Shown here one piece after another: positions 18,314 through 28,349 of a stretch of DNA of 64,000 bases; positions within the stretch are counted from its first letter, which is position 1, and the number at the start of each line of letters is the position of its first letter. The notes beneath the pieces are model-generated. The model ran no database searches. It was not told where the DNA came from and saw only the letters and a program-made list of their open reading frames with translations. The translations under genes and the position numbers were made by a program. The stretch is taken from the NCBI GenBank assembly GCA_023422775.1, contig JAFAGM010000005.1, positions 24,310 through 88,309 of the forward strand. The letters run 5' to 3'. This stretch comes from Pseudomonadota bacterium (GTDB taxonomy: Bacteria > Pseudomonadota > Alphaproteobacteria > Rhizobiales > Xanthobacteraceae).

Positions 18314-19546
18314 ATGGCCGATGATGTTTCCCGCGTGGATGGTGCCCGTGTCGTTGCCGACCTCAACGCGCTCCGGCAAATCGGCGCCTACAGGACCGGC
18401 GTTCACAAGCCGACGTTCTCGGAACCGCATATGCGCTCGCTCCAGTGGCTGACGCAGCGGCTGCCCGAGGCGGGCCTCGCAGGCGAAATCGACGGCATCG
18501 GCAACGTCGTCGGAACCAGTACCAAGCCCGGACCGAAACTGCTGGCGGGCTCGCATCTGGAGAGCCAGAATTACGCGGGCTGGCTCGATGGACCGCTCGG
18601 CGTGGTCTATGCGCTCGAAGCCGCCCGCGTCATCAATCCGGATCCGAACATTCGTGGCGCGGTCGACGTCGCGGCATGGTGCGACGAGGAAGGGCATTTC
18701 GGCAGTTTTCTCGGCAGCCGGTCCTATGTCGGCGCCGTCACCGAAGCGGATATCGACACAGCCCGCGACCGCAACAGCGGCAGGATCATGCGTGATGCGT
18801 TGCGCGAGGCCGGCCTTGCGGGCCGGCCACGCGTCACGGCCGAACGCGGCCGGCACATCGGATATCTCGAAGCCCATATCGAGCAGGGCGAGAGGCTGAT
18901 AAGCGATGCGCTGAAGATCGGCATCGTCACCTCCATCGTCGGCATCTGGCAATACCGCATCATTTTCACCGGCGAGCAGAACCACGCGGGCACGACGCGG
19001 ATGGCGGTGCGCCGCGATGCCGGCCTCGCGCTCGCCAGATTCTGCGTTGCGATCGACGATCGCTTTCCAGCGGCCTGTGGTCCGCGCACGGTGTGGACCA
19101 CCGGCCGCATCACGCTCGATCCCGGGGCGCCGAGCATCATCCCGGGCAGCGCCGAAATGCTGTTCCAGATCCGCGACGACGACCCGGCCGTGATCGCGCG
19201 CCTCGAGTCGCTTCTTCACAGCATGGCCGCAGAAGCCACCGCCCAGGGCCGTTGCAGCGTCGCGGTCGAGCGTATTCGGATCGGCGCGCCCGCGATGATG
19301 GATGCATCGATCCAGCAGGCCATCGAGACCGCCAGCGCAACCCTCGCCGGCGGCAGGTCGCTCCGCATGCCGAGCGGCGCCGGCCACGACGCCCAGATCC
19401 TTTCCACCATCATGCCCGCCGGCATGCTGTTCGTGCCCTCGATCGGCGGCATCAGCCATCACTGGAGCGAGAACACCGACGATGCCGACATCGTCACGGG
19501 GGCACAGGTCTTCGTCGAAGCGTGCCGGCAGCTGCTGGCGCAATGA
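18314..19546 (+). CDS. Zn-dependent hydrolase, M20 allantoate amidohydrolase/N-carbamoylase family
   Basis: GSHLE, DG.LG, EEG, EAHIEQG, NHAGTT and SGAGHDA motifs. Confidence 0.93.
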   Translation: MADDVSRVDGARVVADLNALRQIGAYRTGVHKPTFSEPHMRSLQWLTQRLPEAGLAGEIDGIGNVVGTSTKPGPKLLAGSHLESQNYAGWLDGPLGVVYALEAARVINPDPNIRGAVDVAAWCDEEGHFGSFLGSRSYVGAVTEADIDTARDRNSGRIMRDALREAGLAGRPRVTAERGRHIGYLEAHIEQGERLISDALKIGIVTSIVGIWQYRIIFTGEQNHAGTTRMAVRRDAGLALARFCVAIDDRFPAACGPRTVWTTGRITLDPGAPSIIPGSAEMLFQIRDDDPAVIARLESLLHSMAAEATAQGRCSVAVERIRIGAPAMMDASIQQAIETASATLAGGRSLRMPSGAGHDAQILSTIMPAGMLFVPSIGGISHHWSENTDDADIVTGAQVFVEACRQLLAQ

Positions 19547-19749
19547 GCGGGGCGGTGATCTACGGCGATATGACCCTGGCGCGAACAGGCCCCTTGGACG
19601 GGTGAACCCGCCTCTGATATGCGATCGGGCTGGCCACGCGGCAAAATTCAGAATTGCGGAACGGTTCGGCGACAACGCGCCGCGCAAGGCCTTGTTGCAA
19701 ACGACTGAATTTGCGGCCATTTTGGCTCAGACGAGGTAAAGCTCCCGGC

Positions 19750-20787
19750 ATGTTGCTGCTTCAGGCCCTCCCGACATCGATCGGCGTTGCCGCCATCGCA
19801 CCTGCGCTGCTGCTGCTGTGGCTCGTTGTCGCCACCGACGAGCGCCCGGGTTCGCCCGGGCGGGTGTGGCTCGCCTTCGTGCTCGGGGCCGCCAGCATTT
19901 TGCTTCTTGGGATTGCGCGCGCCCCCTTTGCTGCAATTCTCTCCGTGCCGGGAAATCCCTGGATGACGCAGGGCCTGCGCTCGGTCTTCGGTGTCGCAGC
20001 CCCCGAGGAGATCGTGAAAATCCTCGTCATCGTCGTCGTGTCGATGCGTCGCCGCAACCTCGCCGACCCGATGGACACCGTGATCTACGGCGCGGCCGCC
20101 GGCCTTGGCTTCGCGGCTTACGAAAACCTCGCCTATCTCGTGCAGCATTCCGACATGTGGCGGTCGCTGGCCGCCCTGCGCAGCGTGTTGACGGTGCCGT
20201 TTCACGGCGCGCTCGGCATCATCGCGGGCGCCTATATCGCCATCGCGCGGGCCGGCACCGCGCTCGGCGCCAACCGGCATCACCGCGACTGGTCGCGCTA
20301 TTCGAGCTGGGCGCTGGCTTTGTTCGCGCCGATCGCGTTGCATGCGGCGTTCGATTTTCCGTTGCTGACGCTGCAGAAGCATCCCGACCTCGGATCGGGG
20401 ACCAGGATGCTGCTCGGAACGGCGAGCCTGCTGATCGGATTCAGTTCGATCGGATTTGCCATCCGGCTGGTACGGCGCGTCGGCCGGCATCATGCGCCAC
20501 GCACCGAGATCGCACGGGAACGGCTGAGCCAGTTGCGGCGGATGTGGGCCCTGCTTGTCGTCGGCGGCGGCGCGAGCTTTGTCGGCGTCGCCTTCGTGCT
20601 GACTTCGCTGCACCACTGGTTCGTTCACCCCGAGCGGCAGGCGTCGCTGCTTCTGATTCCGCTCGGGGCTACATCGATCCTGATCGGCCTCGCGCTGCTG
20701 CTCGCCACCTCTGCCGTCTATGTTTTCGGCCGCAACAAGATCCGCACCTCATCGGACGGATTTTCATCTGCGCCCGAGCCCGGCTGA
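19750..20787 (+). CDS. PrsW family intramembrane protease
   Basis: EEIVK, GLGFAAYEN, PFHG and LHAAFD motifs with multiple TM segments. Confidence 0.88.
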   Translation: MLLLQALPTSIGVAAIAPALLLLWLVVATDERPGSPGRVWLAFVLGAASILLLGIARAPFAAILSVPGNPWMTQGLRSVFGVAAPEEIVKILVIVVVSMRRRNLADPMDTVIYGAAAGLGFAAYENLAYLVQHSDMWRSLAALRSVLTVPFHGALGIIAGAYIAIARAGTALGANRHHRDWSRYSSWALALFAPIALHAAFDFPLLTLQKHPDLGSGTRMLLGTASLLIGFSSIGFAIRLVRRVGRHHAPRTEIARERLSQLRRMWALLVVGGGASFVGVAFVLTSLHHWFVHPERQASLLLIPLGATSILIGLALLLATSAVYVFGRNKIRTSSDGFSSAPEPG

Positions 20788-20834
20788 AGTTCCTTCGTTT
20801 GTCGGCATGGCGCTCGCCGCACGCAAATAGGGGG

Positions 20835-20863
20835 ATGACAGGACCGAGTGCGTGCGCTATAGA
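20835..20863 (+). promoter_or_regulatory. Sigma70-type promoter of a leaderless leader transcript
   Basis: ATGACA-N17-TATAGA, with ATG 7 nt after the -10 box. Confidence 0.65.
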
Positions 20864-20870
20864 ACCCGCC

Positions 20871-20951
20871 ATGATCAACGTCGCCGCCAGCAACTATTGG
20901 TATTTTAGCTTCGACAGCTCGCTGGCGGTGGGAGGATCGCGCTCAATCTGA
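20871..20951 (+). CDS. Aromatic amino acid leader peptide of DAHP synthase (26 aa)
   Basis: MINVAASNYWYFSFDSSLAVGGSRSI; clustered Tyr/Trp/Phe codons within attenuator pairing segments. Confidence 0.85.
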   Translation: MINVAASNYWYFSFDSSLAVGGSRSI

Positions 20952-20976
20952 TGAATTGAAGCAGGGAAGTCCGAAC

Positions 20977-21004
20977 AGCCGCCAGACCTGGCGGCTTTTT
21001 ATTT
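20977..21004 (+). terminator. Attenuator terminator (3:4 hairpin)
   Basis: AGCCGCCA-GACC-TGGCGGCT followed by TTTTATTT, upstream of the DAHP synthase RBS. Confidence 0.85.
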
Positions 21005-21039
21005 GGCCGGCAGGTTCCCAACGAACAGGAGCCAAAGCC

Positions 21040-22125
<1,086 letters not shown>

Positions 22126-22302
22126 CGCCGGCGGGCGATGACAAAGCAGGGTACGCAATCTGCGCACCCTGCTCCCGAGGTGGAGAATCGAAAGGATCGG
22201 CAGGCCAGCTTTGATCTCGACTACTGGCCGGCGCCTGCAAAGCCGCGCCATCCCATCTCGCAACCGTCACACCCGCGGTTGAGCATGCCGGCCCCAATCG
22301 GC

Positions 22303-22554
22303 CTAGCAGCCGCGGCAGATGCTCTTGATCTTGCGGTCGAGAAGGGCGTTTTCCTTGCTCAGCGGATCATTCGGATCGAGTTGCTCCTTGCCGCTGTTGG
22401 GCGGCAGATCGCTCGGGCGCGGCTGTCGGTGACCGACCGGCGCCTGCATCACTCCGCCGCTCGGATTCTTCGAAACGGACGACGACCCCTGCGCAAACGC
22501 GTCCGGGCCGCCGATCAGAACCACCAGCGCTATCGAAAGGATCAGTTTCCGCAT
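22303..22554 (-). CDS. Small secreted hypothetical protein with C-terminal CxxC
   Basis: Signal peptide; APVGHRQP...KIKSICRGC. Confidence 0.75.
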   Translation of the reverse strand: MRKLILSIALVVLIGGPDAFAQGSSSVSKNPSGGVMQAPVGHRQPRPSDLPPNSGKEQLDPNDPLSKENALLDRKIKSICRGC

Positions 22555-22590
22555 CTTGGTTCTCCCGTTGTTCCGTCTGTCATGTTCCCT

Positions 22591-22794
22591 CTACCGCGCC
22601 GGAACTTCGATCGTTCCGCAATTGCGGCGTCCCTGGGCGGCGCAATCCTGCGCCTTTCGTACATCGGCCATGGTGCCCAACAACCAGATTCCCGCCGCCA
22701 CCAGCACCACGAAGAAGCCGAGCATCACCGCGTTCTCGATCGCGCGATTGCCCGAATCTTCGGGCGGCTCTGGTTCTCCCTCGCCTTCCGTCAT
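22591..22794 (-). CDS. Small single-TM hypothetical protein
   Basis: MTEGEGEPEPPEDSGNRAIENAVMLGFFVVLVAAGIWLL...QDCAAQGRRNC; starts 7 nt after the epmB stop. Confidence 0.75.
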   Translation of the reverse strand: MTEGEGEPEPPEDSGNRAIENAVMLGFFVVLVAAGIWLLGTMADVRKAQDCAAQGRRNCGTIEVPAR

Positions 22795-22801
22795 CGCCGG
22801 A

Positions 22802-23905
22802 TCACGGCTTGGGCGGATAGAGATGAACGTCGCCGCAATAGTCCACGATACGATATCGCGATTCCGAAGATAGTTCACATTCAGCGGAATTTGCATGCGA
22901 CAAATAATTCGGGCCGACCGGCGCCTTTCCGTGTCCTCCGGGAATATCCAGGACATAATCGGGCTGGCACAGGCCGGAAACGCGTCCCCGCAAGCTCCGC
23001 ATAAGTTCCTGGCCTTGCGCAATCGTGGTGCGCAGATGCGCCGTGCCCGGCGCGAGGTCGCCATGATGCAGGTAATAGGGCTTGATCCGGCATTCGACGA
23101 AGGCCCGCATCAGGGCTTCGAGCACGGAGGCGTCGTCATTGACGCCGCGCAGCAGCACCGACTGGCTCACCAGCGGAATGCCGGCATCCACCAGCCGCGC
23201 GCAGGCAGCGCGGGCCTCGTGCGCCAGTTCGCGCGGATGGTTGGCGTGAACGGCGACCCAGGTCGTCGCGCCCGCGACGCGCAGCGCACTGACCATATCG
23301 CCGTCGATGCGTGCGGGTGCTGCGACCGGGACACGCGTGTGGAGGCGGATGATCCTGACGTGATCGATAGCCGCGAGGTCGGCCATGATCTCGGCCAGCC
23401 GCCGCGGCGACAGCATCAGAGGGTCGCCGCCGGTGAGGATGACTTCCCAGATTTCACCGTGCTGACGGATATAGTTCAGCGCATCGCGATAGGCGGCCTC
23501 AGACAGCGCCGTCGCCTTGCCCGGCCCGACCATTTCGCGGCGAAAGCAGAACCTGCAATATACGGCGCAGACGTGCACCAGCTTGAACAGCACGCGGTCC
23601 GGATAGCGATGCACGATGCCGGGGACCGGCGAATGCGCGTCATCGCCGATCGGATCGGCGTTCTCGCCTGATGTGTTCACCAGTTCGAGCGCGCTTGGAA
23701 TGAATTGCCGTGCAATCGGATCGTCGGCATCCTCGCTGTCGATCAGGCCGGCAATGTCTGGTGTCACGGCAATGGCATAGCGCGCGGCGACCCGTTCGAG
23801 GTCGGCAAGATCGGCCGCGGGCGCAAGCCCACGCTCGATCAACTCAGTCGGATGCCGCAGCGTTGCCGCCAGTTTCGGATCGATCCTGTTCATGCCTCTG
23901 TTCAC
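22802..23905 (-). CDS. epmB: EF-P beta-lysylation radical SAM enzyme (lysine 2,3-aminomutase-like, KamA family)
   Basis: CAVYCRFCFR radical SAM motif, LTGGDPL and PGGHGK; GTG start overlaps the epmA stop. Confidence 0.92.
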   Translation of the reverse strand: MNRGMNRIDPKLAATLRHPTELIERGLAPAADLADLERVAARYAIAVTPDIAGLIDSEDADDPIARQFIPSALELVNTSGENADPIGDDAHSPVPGIVHRYPDRVLFKLVHVCAVYCRFCFRREMVGPGKATALSEAAYRDALNYIRQHGEIWEVILTGGDPLMLSPRRLAEIMADLAAIDHVRIIRLHTRVPVAAPARIDGDMVSALRVAGATTWVAVHANHPRELAHEARAACARLVDAGIPLVSQSVLLRGVNDDASVLEALMRAFVECRIKPYYLHHGDLAPGTAHLRTTIAQGQELMRSLRGRVSGLCQPDYVLDIPGGHGKAPVGPNYLSHANSAECELSSESRYRIVDYCGDVHLYPPKP

Positions 23906-24954
23906 GTTTCTCCTGCCGGCGGCGTCCACACCACCTGATCCACCCGCAGCGCGCCGCTTGCCAGCATCACCAGCCGGTCGAAGCCGAGCGCCACGCCGCT
24001 CGACGGCGGCATCGCCGCGACCGCCGCGAGAAATTCCTCATCGAGCGGATAGCGCTCGCCATAGCGGCGCTGCTTCTCATCCATCGCCGCAGCGAAACGG
24101 CGGCGCTGCTCGGCCGCGTCGGTCAGTTCGCCAAAGCCGTTGGCGAGTTCGACGCCGCAGGCGTAGATTTCGAACCGTTCGGCGACGCGCGGATCGGACG
24201 CCTTGGTGCGCGCCAGTGCGGCTTCCGGCGCCGGATATTCGAACAGCACCGTCAAACGCCCCTGCCCCAAATTCGGTTCGATGTGCTCGACCAGCACCTT
24301 GCTGAAAATATCCGACCAGGTGTCGTCGTCGGTTATGCGCACCCGCGCAACTGCAGCCGTCGCAAGCGCCGCGCGATCGCCTTCGCCATCCCTGATCGTG
24401 GCCAGGAGATCAATCCCCGCGAAGCGCTCGAATGCCGCAGCCACCGTCAGGAGTTCCGGTTCGGCGAACGGATCGGCTGTCTTGCCGCGAAACGAAAACC
24501 GCCTGATCCCGGTCGCCCGCGCCGCATGCGCGATCACGACGACGCTGTCGGCCATCACCGCGTCGTAGCTGGCGTCCGCGCGATACCATTCCAGCATGGT
24601 GAACTCGGGCAGATGCAGGTCGCCGCGCTCGCGGTCGCGGAACACGCGAGCAAACTCGAATATCCTGGACTCGCCGGCGGCGAGCAATTTCTTGGCGGCG
24701 AATTCCGGCGAGGTCCGCAAATAGCGCGTCGCACGGGTGCCGCCGCCGCCGATGATTTCGGTGCGCGGCGCGTGCAGATGCGTCTCGTTGCCGGGCGATA
24801 CCTGGAGGATGCCGGTTTCGACTTCGGCAAAACCCTGCTCCTCGAACCAGGCCCGAACCGCCCCGGTGATCGCACGCCGCGCCATCAGGAACGGCTTGCG
24901 ATCGGCGTGCCGCGTCGCTGCCCACCATGGGGACGGCTGGTCGCTGCCGGCCAT
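23902..24954 (-). CDS. epmA: EF-P lysine aminoacylase (LysRS paralog)
   Basis: YLRTSPEF, HLPEFTMLEWY, ELANGFGELTD and GVALGFDRL motifs; no anticodon domain; next to efp. Confidence 0.95.
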   Translation of the reverse strand: MAGSDQPSPWWAATRHADRKPFLMARRAITGAVRAWFEEQGFAEVETGILQVSPGNETHLHAPRTEIIGGGGTRATRYLRTSPEFAAKKLLAAGESRIFEFARVFRDRERGDLHLPEFTMLEWYRADASYDAVMADSVVVIAHAARATGIRRFSFRGKTADPFAEPELLTVAAAFERFAGIDLLATIRDGEGDRAALATAAVARVRITDDDTWSDIFSKVLVEHIEPNLGQGRLTVLFEYPAPEAALARTKASDPRVAERFEIYACGVELANGFGELTDAAEQRRRFAAAMDEKQRRYGERYPLDEEFLAAVAAMPPSSGVALGFDRLVMLASGALRVDQVVWTPPAGET

Positions 24955-25440
24955 CAGCAACGGTCCCGAACCGGCCGCCGCGGAGCGCCAGTCAGCGAAC
25001 CCATGAGCGAGTTCGAAAAATCGGCCAATGCCATTGATATCATTCAGCTTTCTTTGCATCGATACAGCAAGCCGCAGGAAGCCGCAAGATTCCGCTCCAA
25101 GTGCGTCTCCAAGTTGCGTCATTTCATGTCCAAAGACACCCGGCTTGTCCATGCGAATACCGGCGCACCTTCCTGTACCTGCTGATCTTTGGAGGATGCT
25201 TGAAGTCGCACTTCAACGCCCTCGCCATCGGCTGGTGCGACCTTCTACAGCGCTCGCGAAGACCCTCATAAGCTACTGCGCCATCGGGCGATTCAAGCCC
25301 CCGGGCGATCCGCCGGAAATGGCGGCAAAACGCTGGCATCGACGGTCAAAATCAGTATGTTGCAGCCCGAAACCGTCCTATTGGCTGCATGGACACCCGT
25401 GTCCGGATTGGCCGAAGGCCAGAAATTCAGGAAAACACCT

Positions 25441-26007
25441 TTGAAAGTTATCGCCAGTTCTATCCGCAAGGGCAACATTATCGAGCAGGACGGCAGGCTC
25501 TACGTCGTTCTCACGGCCGAAAACATCCATCCCGGCAAGGGAACCCCGGTCAGCCAGATCGAAATGCGCCGCATCGGCGACGGCGTGAAGATTTCGGAAC
25601 GCTACAAGACGACCGACCAGGTCGAGAAAGCGACCGTCGAGGATCACAACTTCAATTATCTCTATGAGGATGCCGACGGCTTCCACTTCATGAATGCCGA
25701 GACCTACGACCAGGTCCAGGTCTCCAAGGAGATCGTGGGAACGGCGGCGCCCTATCTGCAAGAGAACATGACCGTGAAGCTTTCGCTTCACGACATGAAT
25801 CCGGTGGCGATCCAGTTGCCCCAGCGTGCGACACTGGAAGTGGTGGAAACCGAGCCGGTCACCAAGGGTCAGACCGCTTCTTCCTCCTACAAACCTGCTA
25901 TCCTTTCCAACGGTGTCCGCACCGCGGTTCCGCCGCACATCGGAACCGGGACACGGATCGTGGTCATGACCGAAGACGGCTCCTACGTCGAACGCGCCAA
26001 GGATTGA
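25441..26007 (+). CDS. efp: Elongation factor P
   Basis: HPGKG loop with the modified Lys, [12 protein letters not shown] and GSYVERA; TTG start with AGGA RBS. Confidence 0.97.
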   Translation: MKVIASSIRKGNIIEQDGRLYVVLTAENIHPGKGTPVSQIEMRRIGDGVKISERYKTTDQVEKATVEDHNFNYLYEDADGFHFMNAETYDQVQVSKEIVGTAAPYLQENMTVKLSLHDMNPVAIQLPQRATLEVVETEPVTKGQTASSSYKPAILSNGVRTAVPPHIGTGTRIVVMTEDGSYVERAKD

Positions 26008-26049
26008 GCTGGCGCATCGGATTGGGGGAGCCCGCCAGGGGGCAATGCA

Positions 26050-27642
26050 TTGAACAACAAGGCTGTCCGCTTGCTTGCGCGTTGGCTGACAGCTTTTGGT
26101 TTGCTCTCCGTCCCGGCGACCGGGGCTTTCGCAGAAGCGTTCAGCACGCCCTCGGTCTCGGTGATCCATGCCGACTGGCGTTCGGTGCTCGATCAGTTCC
26201 GCGCGGAGATCAGCCTCCAACCAGCGATCGCCTCCCGATTCACATTCGCCGGCCAGCGGCGAGTGCCCTCGTGGGATCCGCGTTCGACCCCGGCGCTGGT
26301 GCAATTGAACGCGGTCACGTCGCCGGTTTTTGCCGGCATCGGACGCAGCCCCATCCCGGTACTGTTGCCGCTCGATACCGCAGGCTATCTCGAAGCCGGC
26401 GTTGACGGCGCTTCAGACAGAGATTTGTCGCGCTATCAGGCAGACTTCAACGCGGACCTGTTTCACGCAGGCCCCTCCGGTTACGACGCGGTGTTTTCGC
26501 TGGATCCCGAAGAAGGCGACGGCCTGCCGCCACGGAAGTTCGTCAGGCCGGTAGAGGTGCAGATCACGGGCTCGAACCTGATCTACGATCTCGCCGACCC
26601 GCACGGGGGCAAAGGTGCGCCGGTCAAGGCACTGGCGGCGCAGTATCCGGACATGCGTCGTTTCATTCGCGAAGGCTATGTGCGTTACGCCTTCACCCGC
26701 TTTGGCGTCCCCTACGTGGTGTCGATCCAGTGCCTTGACTCGGTGCCGCGTCCCCGCCGGCTGGCCTGCCGGGAGGCCTATCCAATCGCGGAGCGTTTCC
26801 TGAAGGCGCTGCGCGTCGCAGGCGGACAACCGGCGCGGCCGCGCTACGACATCTCATCCAGGACCGCCGAACGGCCCGGCACTGCCTCACCCGAATTCAC
26901 CTATCACACGAGCGGCAACATCATCGCCCGCAGCGGCGCACGCAAGCGCGGCGGCCACGCCGACCTCACCGTCTATTCGCAAATCCGCTTTCCCCTGGAG
27001 AAAACCCCGGCCATCGTCAGTTCGCAATCGTTCAGCAAGCGCAAACCCGGCGAGCGCAGCGGCGTTTACTCGTGGCGCGATAATTTTTGCGAGGCCCGCA
27101 GTTTCCAGGTCGGGCAATGCCCCGCCGGCTTCGGCCACCAGGGCCAGGACATTCGTCCCGCGCCCTGCCTGTTGAACGGCGAGAGCGGAAGCCATTGCCA
27201 TCCCCGAAGGCAGGCCGTCGTCGCCGTCCGCGACGGCGTCCTGATCCGTTCACCGAAGCAGGAAGCGGCCACGCTGCAGATCAACACAGGGCGCGAGCAT
27301 CTCCGCTTCCGCTACATGCACATGAACCCTTCCAGCATGGACGCGGACGGGATTCTCAACGGGCGAAGGGTCGCCGAGGGCGAGAAGATCGGCGTGGTTT
27401 CGAACTATCTCGATTTTCCCAACGGCACCAGCTACCACCTGCACTTCGACATCCAGGTGTTCACGCGCGACGGCTGGCTCTGGGTCAATCCCTACACCAC
27501 GCTGATTTCTTCGTATGAACACCTGATCCGCGCCCGCGGTCGCGAGGTCGGAATCGATCCTCCGCCCGCGGCCGCCGCCGTAGCGCAGGCGCTGCCGGAG
27601 GATGCCCTTCGTCGCAACGCCCAGCGGGGCCGCGAGAACTGA
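26050..27642 (+). CDS. Secreted protein with C-terminal M23 peptidase-like domain
   Basis: Signal peptide; HQGQD (HxxxD), RYMHM and HLH motifs. Confidence 0.8.
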   Translation: MNNKAVRLLARWLTAFGLLSVPATGAFAEAFSTPSVSVIHADWRSVLDQFRAEISLQPAIASRFTFAGQRRVPSWDPRSTPALVQLNAVTSPVFAGIGRSPIPVLLPLDTAGYLEAGVDGASDRDLSRYQADFNADLFHAGPSGYDAVFSLDPEEGDGLPPRKFVRPVEVQITGSNLIYDLADPHGGKGAPVKALAAQYPDMRRFIREGYVRYAFTRFGVPYVVSIQCLDSVPRPRRLACREAYPIAERFLKALRVAGGQPARPRYDISSRTAERPGTASPEFTYHTSGNIIARSGARKRGGHADLTVYSQIRFPLEKTPAIVSSQSFSKRKPGERSGVYSWRDNFCEARSFQVGQCPAGFGHQGQDIRPAPCLLNGESGSHCHPRRQAVVAVRDGVLIRSPKQEAATLQINTGREHLRFRYMHMNPSSMDADGILNGRRVAEGEKIGVVSNYLDFPNGTSYHLHFDIQVFTRDGWLWVNPYTTLISSYEHLIRARGREVGIDPPPAAAAVAQALPEDALRRNAQRGREN

Positions 27643-27695
27643 TCGCCCGCAAGCCTTATCGGTGACCTCGAACTCGCGCCGTGCCGCGCGAAACC

Positions 27696-28319
27696 TTATG
27701 ACTGGTACTTCACCGTGCAGCCATAAGCGCGCGTCGCAGGGTTGGACACGGGCTTGCCGGCCTTCAATTCGACCAACGCCTCATCGACGAAGTTCTTCGC
27801 ACCCTTGATGTCGTCGGTACGCGTCGTCGGCTTGTCGTCGATACCGCCGGCATAAGCGAGCGTGCCGTCCGGCTTGATGATGTACATATGCGGCGTAACG
27901 GTCGCGCCGTACGCCTTCGCAACCTGTTGCCTGGGATCGAGCAACACCGCAGTCGGCGTCGCCTTGCGATCAGCCGTCAGCGAATTGGCGCGCGTGGCAT
28001 CCGCGAAGCCCTGCTCGCCCGGCGGCGACGAAATCACGGACAGCCAGACGACGCCCTGGTCGGTCCATTTCTTCTGCAATGCCTGCATATTTCCGCTGCC
28101 GTAATGCTTGCGGACGTAGGGGCACCCGTCATTGGTCCACTCAAGCACGATCGTCTTGCCGCGATAGTCGTTGAGATTGACCGTCTTGCCTTCGCTGTTC
28201 ACGGTCGAGAACGCCGGAGCCGGCGTGCCGACTTTCATCTCGGCGTATGACGGCCCGACGGCCACAAGGACAATGGCGGCGGAGGTGGCGAGCATCGTCG
28301 CAAACGTGCGTCTATTCAT
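27696..28319 (-). CDS. Periplasmic redoxin/thioredoxin-like (AhpC/TSA) protein
   Basis: GTPAPAF, WTNDGCPYV, TPH, YAGGIDD and YGCTVKY motifs. Confidence 0.9.
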   Translation of the reverse strand: MNRRTFATMLATSAAIVLVAVGPSYAEMKVGTPAPAFSTVNSEGKTVNLNDYRGKTIVLEWTNDGCPYVRKHYGSGNMQALQKKWTDQGVVWLSVISSPPGEQGFADATRANSLTADRKATPTAVLLDPRQQVAKAYGATVTPHMYIIKPDGTLAYAGGIDDKPTTRTDDIKGAKNFVDEALVELKAGKPVSNPATRAYGCTVKYQS

Positions 28320-28349
28320 GTCTGTCTCCAGTTCGAGGGCACTGCGGCT

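Noticed and set aside
20956..21039. N-terminal extension of DAHP synthase in the ORF track
   Set aside because: Overlaps the attenuator terminator; the RBS supports GTG at 21040.
22595..22619. GGAAC-N16-CGGT on the minus strand upstream of the 22303-22554 gene
   Set aside because: Mismatch in the -10 element and lies inside a coding region; could be chance.
22802..26007. epmB-epmA-efp as a novel system
   Set aside because: Well-established EF-P beta-lysylation locus.
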